Position numbers and translations under genes: made by a program
Origin: Candidatus Hermodarchaeota archaeon
GTDB taxonomy: Archaea; Asgardarchaeota; Heimdallarchaeia; Hodarchaeales; Hodarchaeaceae
Direction of reading: 5' to 3'
Length of the DNA: 32,000 nucleotides
Assembly (NCBI GenBank): GCA_048886185.1
Contig: JBHLKY010000030.1
Coordinates: forward strand, 9,139-41,138
Shown here: one piece after another, positions 24,900 through 32,000 of the stretch
How positions within the stretch are numbered: the first letter of the stretch is position 1
Layout of the letters: the number at the start of each line of letters is the position of its first letter
Notes under the pieces: model-generated
The model's database searches: none
The model's input: the letters and a program-made list of their open reading frames with translations, nothing else
Told to the model about the DNA's origin: nothing

Positions 24900-25274
24900 T
24901 TATATTTGCACTCCTCTGTCTGCTGAACCATAGCACCAGAGTGATATTCTCTTGAAATCAACAAGTTCAAGTCCGATATCAAGTAGTTCTCTGCGAAGAA
25001 TCATTTTCAACCTGTTAATAATTATTGGACGTTGAGTTACAACGTCATCCTCATTAATATCACTGAGTACAAGATCAATATGACGTTGAACTTGAAAAAA
25101 CAAAAAAATATTAATAGCATCTAGTTCTAAAAGTCCTTTCGTCGTTTTTTTGATAAGTTCCAAGTCTACAATATGGTAGCTAAGGACTCCTCGAAAATCA
25201 ATCTCATTTTCATGGTGTGTGATTCGAGTATAGGAAAAATCTAGATTATAGATACAATGCTTTTGGACTTTCAT
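24900..25274 (-). CDS. Small protein resembling a stand-alone SPFH/band-7 core domain
   Basis: IDFRGVLSYHIVD ... VLSDINEDDVVTQRPIIINRLKMILRRELLDIGLELVDF follows the band-7 pattern (v.gv..YrI.D; l.el..R..I..l..l...Gi.i). No TM segment or coiled-coil tail. AGGAGG upstream. Confidence 0.55.
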   Translation of the reverse strand: MKVQKHCIYNLDFSYTRITHHENEIDFRGVLSYHIVDLELIKKTTKGLLELDAINIFLFFQVQRHIDLVLSDINEDDVVTQRPIIINRLKMILRRELLDIGLELVDFKRISLWCYGSADRGVQI

Positions 25275-25347
25275 TATGGATTTTTCCTCCTAGTTTTCTT
25301 GTAGAAAAAAATATTGATAATGGAAGGAGTTTTTCACTATATATAAT

Positions 25348-27120
25348 TTATGGAATGATTAGGTTTGTAAAAGTGAAACTATCAACATCCACAAGTCCTT
25401 TATCAGTAAGTTTTAAATGAGGGATAACAGAGAGTGCCAGGAAAGATAGGGCCATCAGAGGTTCATCAAACACAGTTATGTCTTTGAAAATATTTTGTAA
25501 CTCAATTAGCTGTTCATAAAGAACTGTATGTGGTTCTATACTCATTATTCCGCCATAGGGTAAAGGTACTTTTTGTGTTATGTCTTTTGTGATAACAACA
25601 TATCCTCCCCTAATTTGATGTAATTCCTCGACTGCTTTAATCATTATCTTATGGTCAGTTCCAGCTACGATGAGATTATGGCAATCATGGGCAACTGTGG
25701 TCGCCATTGCGAAGGATCTCGATGTAATACCAAATCCTTTGACAAAACCATTTGCTATGTTTCCATTAATTCCATAACGCTCTATTACTGCCAGTGATAG
25801 GATATCTTCTTCAGGTACAGGGTGTATCCATCCATCTTTCACTGGGAGATTTTCTTCGAGTGCTTCTGTGATGACTGTGCGAGGTAAAGCCCCAATAACT
25901 CTTACCCTATACACTCCATCTGAAAGAGATGTAGTGGCACGTAATGATTCTGGATTAATACCTTGTGGTAATTTAACAGTATTTATGGCCCAAGATGGAA
26001 ATTCAGGGTCAATAAAGCTCCAATTAAGCCTTTTATTCTTAAAGACGATTCTTCCTCCAAAAATTACTGTGTTAACTTGGAAATGTTTTAAGTCCTCAAA
26101 AATGACTATATCAGCTATTTTTCCAGGAGCGATACTACCAATAACATCTTCTAATCCAAAATATGTTGCCGGATTGATGGTGGCCATTTGTAGGGCTGAT
26201 AATACTGGGATTTTTTCATCAACAGCAATTCTCAATTGAGTATCTAAGTGCCCATTGTTTACTAGGTCAATAGCATTTCGATCATCAGATGCAATGAGAA
26301 TGTTTCTCAGGTCTAAGCCAGATTCTCTTACTGATCTAATTAAATTTCGAAAATCCTTTGCTAATGATCCTTCACGAGCCATTACTCTCATCCCTTTTCG
26401 TAATTTTTCTAACATTTCATCTGCTGTGGTACTCTCATGATCTGATTCGATACCAGCAGCTATATAGGCATCCAAATCCTTACCAGAAACACCCGGGCTG
26501 TGTCCATCAATAATATTTAGCTTTGAACCTAAAATGACCTTTGTTAAGACTTCGTCGTCTCTAAAAAGCACTCCTGGATAATTCATAACTTCTCCAAGTC
26601 CAAAGAAACGAGATTCTTTTTCAATGAGCTCTTTAATCGCGTTTGAGTCAATAACGTGTGCGGATGTCTCTAATCCTGGTGCTGCAGGAACGCAAGAAGG
26701 AATTTCAACAAGAAATCGTAATGGAAGATCTTTAGTTTGAGTCAGAAGAAGCTGAAGTCCCATTTCTCCCAAAACATTACCAATTTCGTGTGGATCTAAA
26801 AGCACAGTTGTTGTTCCGCGAGGAACTACAACCTTTGTGAATTCAGTTGGAGGTAGCATTGTACTTTCAATATGAAGGTGTGATTCGATAAGACCAGGAG
26901 AGATGAACTTTCCTTTGATATCAATAATTTCATTAGTGTTTTTAGGATCCAATAAGTTTGGTTCAGCTATATTTGCAATCCGATTACCACAAATCGTGAT
27001 ATCGGCTTTATATAATTCACGGGTGATGACGTTTACAAGTGTTCCGTTTCGAATTAATAAGTCAGAAGGAATTTCACCACGGGCACACGCTATCAAATTC
27101 TTAAGGTTTGAAATATTCAA
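25348..27120 (-). CDS. ade: Adenine deaminase
   Basis: PGLIESHLHIEST, DPHEIGNV, PSCVPA, GLGEVMNYPGV, DGHSPG, SDHES, REGS, SDD, QMATINPA, AHDCHNL, LSVIPHLKLTDKGLVDV. Confidence 0.95.
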   Translation of the reverse strand: MNISNLKNLIACARGEIPSDLLIRNGTLVNVITRELYKADITICGNRIANIAEPNLLDPKNTNEIIDIKGKFISPGLIESHLHIESTMLPPTEFTKVVVPRGTTTVLLDPHEIGNVLGEMGLQLLLTQTKDLPLRFLVEIPSCVPAAPGLETSAHVIDSNAIKELIEKESRFFGLGEVMNYPGVLFRDDEVLTKVILGSKLNIIDGHSPGVSGKDLDAYIAAGIESDHESTTADEMLEKLRKGMRVMAREGSLAKDFRNLIRSVRESGLDLRNILIASDDRNAIDLVNNGHLDTQLRIAVDEKIPVLSALQMATINPATYFGLEDVIGSIAPGKIADIVIFEDLKHFQVNTVIFGGRIVFKNKRLNWSFIDPEFPSWAINTVKLPQGINPESLRATTSLSDGVYRVRVIGALPRTVITEALEENLPVKDGWIHPVPEEDILSLAVIERYGINGNIANGFVKGFGITSRSFAMATTVAHDCHNLIVAGTDHKIMIKAVEELHQIRGGYVVITKDITQKVPLPYGGIMSIEPHTVLYEQLIELQNIFKDITVFDEPLMALSFLALSVIPHLKLTDKGLVDVDSFTFTNLIIP

Positions 27121-27148
27121 TTTGAATTGAGCTCCTATATTCTTTGGA

Positions 27149-28000
27149 TCACCGAAAAGATTTGAAGATCAGATCCCATAGCTCTTCTGTAGAAAGGGTC
27201 TTTCGCTTAATGATCTCCAGCTCAATCTTTGAATCTTCACATTCGATTCGGAAGTATTTCGAGAAGTTTTCAAACAAAGCTTGTTTTAACATGAGTGGTA
27301 ACGTCAAACGGAGAAAAGCTTTATTTCGTTCTGCTGTTTGTTCCTTATGATAATTAACAATGGTGATAAGATCATCTGTTCGTGCGATAAGTCGTTTAAA
27401 ATCTCCCCCAATGATATTTACAATCGATTCATCAGAATTTAAACCGCTATTGAGGTTCAACACTTCACTCATGGTATCTGACATAGGTTTTAGAACATTT
27501 TCAGAGAAAGAGGCAAGAGCTGTCTCAAGTTGTGATTCAAAATCAATTTCTAATAAACTGTTCAGTGCCACAAAATAGTCCTTCCTGAGCTGCCGAAGTT
27601 CAGCTGTTAAAGCATATAGCTGTTTATCAGAACCACGAATGGAGATAGGATAAAGGTTTCCCCGATAAAATTCTAGATATCCAGATTTCGGGGGATCAGA
27701 GGAAATTAGAGTGTATCCTCCAATTTTTTGAGCAAATTCTTCTAGCAATTCTATTGTAACTAGAGGCATTAATTCTAAAGGAAAATCATCATCAGGTTGG
27801 GTACGGAAATTTACATCGGGGAAGGGTTTGTTAAAACTTATCACATCGAAGGTTTTTATATTACCATCTGTCTCAATGATACAACTTACTTTTTCTGATG
27901 AGACATGTATAGTTTTCAATGCTTCAAATCCAGGAATATCCAGAGATTTCTCTATTGCGGCTCCCTCAATTGAGATAGGAGGGAATAGGGTAAAGTACAA
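27149..28000 (-). CDS. Hypothetical protein (283 aa)
   Basis: Long open frame; TTG start with GGTGA 7 nt upstream; stop 28 nt before ade. No family recognised. Confidence 0.75.
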   Translation of the reverse strand: MYFTLFPPISIEGAAIEKSLDIPGFEALKTIHVSSEKVSCIIETDGNIKTFDVISFNKPFPDVNFRTQPDDDFPLELMPLVTIELLEEFAQKIGGYTLISSDPPKSGYLEFYRGNLYPISIRGSDKQLYALTAELRQLRKDYFVALNSLLEIDFESQLETALASFSENVLKPMSDTMSEVLNLNSGLNSDESIVNIIGGDFKRLIARTDDLITIVNYHKEQTAERNKAFLRLTLPLMLKQALFENFSKYFRIECEDSKIELEIIKRKTLSTEELWDLIFKSFR

Positions 28001-28117
28001 TTAACTTTCACCATTTTAGCGTTTTCTATCAATGAATCTTTACCTGAATATAATGATAACTACTCACATATAAGGCTTCTTTTTACCTTTTATTGTATAG
28101 TCTTTGTACAATATTTC

Positions 28118-29923
28118 TTATTTTTTTAATAAATCTGCTAATCCACTAGATTCCAACCATTCCCTATCACTGCGTTTCATTCGAGAAAAAGCTTGTTTTT
28201 GTATTTTTTTCTCTGGGTGTTGAGTAATGTGTGATTCAATCAGTTGCTGTATCAAAGCTTGTGTTTCAGATATTGATATCTCATGAATTCTATCTGAAAA
28301 CCATGGTTCCAAGCTCTTAGTTCTTTTTTTTGAAAGCCATCGAAAATTCCCATCGAAACATACAGATATTCCCCAATCAGAGTTATTACGCTGAATTCTA
28401 CCATGAGCTTGTTGAATCGAAATTAAAACATGGGCCTCTAGAAACTGTGGATATTTCTTCGCTTTTTTCCGAATAATTGGATCATTTAACATGGGAAATG
28501 GCAACTTAGGAATTAAGCAAAGTCGTCCTAAATCATCATCTAAAGAAATCCCCTCCCATGCTGAAGGTGTAATAAGTACATCTCCTTGCTGCTGTGAAAT
28601 GAATCGCTTAATTGCATCGTCTGATTTACCAGCTGTGTGAGTAATAACATTAAGTGACCTTTTTTTTGTAAATTTCTCCATTAAGGACGCCAATTCAAAA
28701 CTGGAGGTTAAGATTAAACCGCGGAGGTGATGTTGTTTCATTAGATCAAGAAAGAGCTGCGATTGTTCCTCAATCGATTTATATGCTTTTTTCTTTTTCT
28801 CGCTGGTTGCTGTAGATAATTTCATCGCCTCTTTGAGTAGAACAAAAGGATGGTTTTTTTTCTCAAATGAAGAATCCTCATGAATGTAGTAACAATAATC
28901 AGGGTTTAAACCAAGTAATTGAGCCAGATATTCACCATCACCAATAGTAGCAGATAAAAACAGGCTCTTTTTTCCTCGAAATAACTTAGAAAAAATATAT
29001 GCAAGATCAAAGGGTTGTACAATTAGCTGAACTCGTCTGGTCTGCTTATTGCGCTGGAAAAAGAATGTTAAATCTGAAGATAATGGATTCTCAATTAAAT
29101 CAGAAAGTGCTGAAACCATCCCTGTAATCTTTTTTAATTCTCTTAACATTTCTGGTTTAATTGCCTGAGGATTATTATTTAAGATTTTAGCAATATCTAG
29201 TTCTCGCTCGGTCAAAATTAGGTTAAGCTGATTGAGGAATTGTAAACCCTCCTCTCTCTCTACTTCAAAATAAGATTTTGTCTGCAGTTGGTTCTTTTCC
29301 CATGAATTAAAAATACTTAGAAGATCTTGGTCTTCTGTGATTGTTTTTAAAAAAGAATGATTAACTTCCACTCGCAATAAACTCTCTAGGTTTAATAAAT
29401 TGTGAGCTTCGTCAAATATGCGAAAATTTACTTTATCCTCCCCTAGATCTACATATCTAAAGACCCACCAGTTTAAAATCCGAACCTGACTTCTTCGTAT
29501 CCGTCTTCGGGCTTTTAAAAGAGGACATTGGTTTCGTGACTGGCACCTCTGAACATAGTTAGGATCAAACGCACAGGGGGAGATACTGGCGCCTGACTTT
29601 ATTATAGGACAATAATAAGAGGATCTTCCTTTAAGCAGAGCAACAGAAAAGTCGTGCTTTCTGCCATATTCCCGCAAAATATTGTACCAAAAATCTTGGT
29701 GCATTCGATAAGGCACCAAAATATCAACCTTATCCGTTGGGTTGCTTGTTAACAGGTAATTTGACAAAATGCAAGCAGCTAGATCGGTTTTTCCTGATCC
29801 TGTCGGAAGTGCACAAAAAAACGAGTTATACTGCGACCATTTCTGTTGAATGATTTCAAAAGTACGTTGTTGTTGAGGACGAACTGTAGGATGAATTATT
29901 AATTCTGAAATGGAATTGTTCAA
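28118..29923 (-). CDS. DinG/XPD (Rad3)-family SF2 helicase with Fe-S motif
   Basis: Q motif RPQQ, Walker A PTGSGKT, KGRSSYYC-x11-C-x9-C-x5-C, DEAHNL, motif III LSATI, WEGISL, PKLPFP, motif VI QAHGRIQR. Confidence 0.92.
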   Translation of the reverse strand: MNNSISELIIHPTVRPQQQRTFEIIQQKWSQYNSFFCALPTGSGKTDLAACILSNYLLTSNPTDKVDILVPYRMHQDFWYNILREYGRKHDFSVALLKGRSSYYCPIIKSGASISPCAFDPNYVQRCQSRNQCPLLKARRRIRRSQVRILNWWVFRYVDLGEDKVNFRIFDEAHNLLNLESLLRVEVNHSFLKTITEDQDLLSIFNSWEKNQLQTKSYFEVEREEGLQFLNQLNLILTERELDIAKILNNNPQAIKPEMLRELKKITGMVSALSDLIENPLSSDLTFFFQRNKQTRRVQLIVQPFDLAYIFSKLFRGKKSLFLSATIGDGEYLAQLLGLNPDYCYYIHEDSSFEKKNHPFVLLKEAMKLSTATSEKKKKAYKSIEEQSQLFLDLMKQHHLRGLILTSSFELASLMEKFTKKRSLNVITHTAGKSDDAIKRFISQQQGDVLITPSAWEGISLDDDLGRLCLIPKLPFPMLNDPIIRKKAKKYPQFLEAHVLISIQQAHGRIQRNNSDWGISVCFDGNFRWLSKKRTKSLEPWFSDRIHEISISETQALIQQLIESHITQHPEKKIQKQAFSRMKRSDREWLESSGLADLLKK

Positions 29924-30013
29924 ACGATTTCCTCTAATTTATGACAGTTTTAGACTCATCTTCGTTACTCATGAAACCGAGAAGAGAAGAAAAACTAATT
30001 TAAATGGTTACTT

Positions 30014-30220
30014 TTAGAATTTATGGAGGACTTTTTTTAATTTCTTCGCTGTCTTTTTATTCATGCCTTTTGGGACTCGTGTGGAAGGAAAAAGCACTCC
30101 ATCAGTTGTCGGGCCTCCAACAGTTTTTTCTTTTTGTTTTTTACGTTTCCTACGTGAGGCGCGTTTGCGTTTTACCCTTAAAGGAGGTTTATTCATTGGG
30201 GACATGAATACCTTTTCCAT
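30014..30220 (-). CDS. Small, highly basic protein (68 aa)
   Basis: 24 of 68 residues are K/R against 3 acidic. Lies on the same strand between the TPR and helicase genes. Start may be 30220 or 30205. Confidence 0.55.
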   Translation of the reverse strand: MEKVFMSPMNKPPLRVKRKRASRRKRKKQKEKTVGGPTTDGVLFPSTRVPKGMNKKTAKKLKKVLHKF

Positions 30221-30260
30221 TTACCTTATGATTTCTATAATAATAAGTGTATTTTCACTC

Positions 30261-30968
30261 TTATTTTTTACGGAATCGGCTTAAAATTCGATTTAATAAT
30301 GATTTTTCCTGTGCTAGTTCTTCGATTTTTTTCTCCACATCACTATCTCGGTGATGGATAGCTTTAAGGTGTTCCAGGGCCTCCTTTTTCTTTCCATGTT
30401 CAATATAATACTCTGCCAAAAGTTTATTGGTTTCAGGATCATTAGGATTTAGTTTCTCGCTTTTAATCAATTTTTCTAAGGCTGCTTCAGGGTGGCCTTG
30501 AAGAATCAGAATTTCAGCTTGATGACAGAGCGCTTGGGGGAAATCAGGTTTCAGCTTGATTGCTAGATCGTATTTTTTAAAAGCCATCTTCAATTGTTCT
30601 TGCCTTTGTAGAACGATACCTGAATTGAAATGCGCCCATTCATTCTCCTCTACCATACTACTAAGATTATAATAATCCAAAGCCTGATGTAAATCTCCTT
30701 GATAGTAATAATAGTTCCCTAGACGAATAAATAAGCGTTGATCGAATAGTTCCTCAAGACGAGTGGTGTCATTACGGATTTCGTCTACATTAGATTCAAA
30801 TTTTTCTATTAAAAGTGCTAATTGATCTTGTTCTTGAGGTGATAACTCGTGAAGAGAAAGATTATCGCGAATTTCTTGAGTAATTCCAATTCTATCAAAA
30901 ATTAAGGACAAAGTTGTTTGTAAGTGGTAAATTTCTTGGAGGGATGTCACAATAATTCCACTCTTCAA
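30261..30968 (-). CDS. TPR-repeat protein
   Basis: About four TPR units (LGNYYYYQGDLHQALDYY; AHFNSGIVL..AFKKYDLAIKLKPD; ALCHQAEIL..AALEKL..LNPN; LLAEYYIEHGKKKEALEHL) after a helical N-terminus. Confidence 0.9.
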   Translation of the reverse strand: MKSGIIVTSLQEIYHLQTTLSLIFDRIGITQEIRDNLSLHELSPQEQDQLALLIEKFESNVDEIRNDTTRLEELFDQRLFIRLGNYYYYQGDLHQALDYYNLSSMVEENEWAHFNSGIVLQRQEQLKMAFKKYDLAIKLKPDFPQALCHQAEILILQGHPEAALEKLIKSEKLNPNDPETNKLLAEYYIEHGKKKEALEHLKAIHHRDSDVEKKIEELAQEKSLLNRILSRFRKK

Positions 30969-31328
30969 AAATCTAAATTATTCAATGCGATAATTATGTT
31001 TATCGGGAGTTATTTAATGAATGCTTGAAAATACTCCTTGATGAAGCTTTGATTCGAGAAGGATTCTAATTCTTTCAAATTACCTTAGAAAACTAAAAAA
31101 GAAGGTTTTCTCATTTCTGATCAGTGGTCGCTTTCAAATTCTCATTTAGAAGCAAAAAATGAACTGTATTAGTATTTAACTACCTATTTTAGATATTAGT
31201 TGAGATATTAGAATAAACAAACAAATTTAATACTTGTTTTTTTTTTATCTATCATAAGAAAAACACCGCGTAGAATTAGAATATTTTATTATTAGAGTTT
31301 AGAATCAAAATGAAAAGGATTGAGATTC

Positions 31329-31586
31329 ATGGTTGATGCTGTAGTATTATTATGTGTTTTTCCAGGGAAGGAACATCTTGTGCGAGAAGAAATTAAAAAG
31401 ATAGATCAGGTAAAAACGTGTCGTATTACTTTTGGGGAGTACGATCTTGTAGCTGAAGTCCAAACAGACCAAGTAAAAGCGTTGGGAACTCTCATGACCA
31501 AGAAAATACGAGCTATTGAGGGAATTACCAAATCCGTGACACTTATCATAAGTGAATCACTTGAAAATAATGCAAACCTGGTTTAA
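31329..31586 (+). CDS. Lrp/AsnC ligand-binding-domain-only protein
   Basis: AVVLL..PGKE..V.EEIKKI..V..ITFGEYDLVAEV..KIRAIEGITKSVTLI, with no HTH. ATG 31329 is preferred over TTG 31320 (AAGGA at 31315-31319). Confidence 0.9.
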   Translation: MVDAVVLLCVFPGKEHLVREEIKKIDQVKTCRITFGEYDLVAEVQTDQVKALGTLMTKKIRAIEGITKSVTLIISESLENNANLV

Positions 31587-31601
31587 TTTGCAGCACTCAA
31601 A

Positions 31602-31624
31602 GCTGCCTTTTTTTAGTATTTTTA
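31602..31624 (+). terminator. Possible oligo-T archaeal terminator after the Lrp-domain gene
   Basis: T-runs (gcctttttttttag-like tract, then tattttt) about 20 nt downstream of the stop at 31586. Confidence 0.3.
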
Positions 31625-31839
31625 GGATGGGAGAAGTTGCCACATATGAGTGAAAATGAGTCGATAATGATTATAGGTGCCCTATAGAGAAAGCTTATAT
31701 TTTTATTTTCAAAGTAAGAGGGAACCCCAAGCTCAAAGGGAATGCTATGAAGAAAGAACCCAAGAGTTATTTGTATTAAACAAGGTGTAAATAGAAAAAA
31801 TATCCTTCATCTTGACATAAAAAGATAATAGGTGATTTG

Positions 31840-32000
31840 ATGAAAAAAAATAGAAGGAATGTGCTTTTCCTAATAAATTTAATAGCCATTAGTGGAATGA
31901 TGGGATTTCCTGAAGTTACTAAAGCTGATATTGCTTTCAGGATCATAAATACTCATGAAACGCAACTGGTGATTTATACTTATGACAGTCTTCTTTATGA
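31840..32000 (+). CDS. Exported protein, 5' part only; probable ABC solute-binding protein (thiamine-binding ThiB/TbpA-like)
   Basis: GGTGA at 31831-31835. The frame is open to the window end: MKKNRRNVLFLINLIAISGMMGFPEVTKADIAFRIINTHETQLVIYTYDSLLY. Basic-then-hydrophobic leader; LVIYTYDS resembles the ThiB first strand LTVYTYDS. Confidence 0.5.
   Translation, partial: MKKNRRNVLFLINLIAISGMMGFPEVTKADIAFRIINTHETQLVIYTYDSLLY

Noticed and set aside
1325-27578. Short nested or antisense track ORFs (e.g. 1325, 1689, 2849, 3239, 5195, 6767, 8068, 8136, 11529, 11683, 12543, 16050, 16511, 17581, 18130, 21251, 21370, 22653, 24444, 25868, 26255, 26903, 27144, 27360)
   Set aside because: All lie within longer motif-bearing genes and show no motifs of their own; treated as shadow ORFs.
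30004-30284. Plus-strand ORFs 30004..30207 and 30063..30284
   Set aside because: Antisense to the basic small ORF, rich in Phe/Leu as expected from T-runs, and against the orientation of the neighbouring genes.
31620-31830. Possible TPP riboswitch before the ThiB-like gene
   Set aside because: The conserved CTGAGA and CCTGA core elements are not present.
1-32000. tRNA, rRNA, CRISPR arrays, IS or integrase genes
   Set aside because: No cloverleaf, repeat-spacer periodicity, long non-coding stretch or transposase motif was seen by eye; a covariance-model scan would be needed to exclude small ncRNAs.

Overview
Low-GC, gene-dense archaeal window, most likely from an Asgard archaeon. That placement is inferred from Rag-type GTPase-roadblock fusions, longin/uDENN-like proteins, archaeal GGAG/GGTGA Shine-Dalgarno motifs and frequent TTG/GTG starts. 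The left ~19 kb interleaves signalling and redox genes. Signalling genes: a Rag-like GTPase coupled to a degenerate GTPase-roadblock gene and a longin-like gene cut by the window edge, a second Rag-like GTPase, two paralogous longin/uDENN-like proteins and a stand-alone CBS pair. Redox genes: a five-gene operon (NuoE/HydC-like, NuoF/HydB-like, catalytically stripped FdhA/NuoG-like, NfnA, NfnB) and a second NfnAB pair whose small subunit is fused to a thioredoxin-reductase-like domain lacking CxxC. The strongest sequence-level discovery is a ~70-100 aa C-terminal domain shared by the first NfnB and both longin/uDENN-like proteins, which suggests a link between NAD(P)H/ferredoxin metabolism and GTPase regulation. 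The right ~13 kb looks like ordinary chromosome: wHTH regulator plus membrane protein, MEMO1, degenerate PfkB kinase, split APH/AAA kinase pair, SPFH-like protein, adenine deaminase, Fe-S DinG/XPD helicase, TPR protein, Lrp ligand-binding domain, and the start of a probable solute-binding protein. No rRNA, tRNA, CRISPR array or mobile element was recognised. All assignments come from reading motifs by eye; no database search was run.
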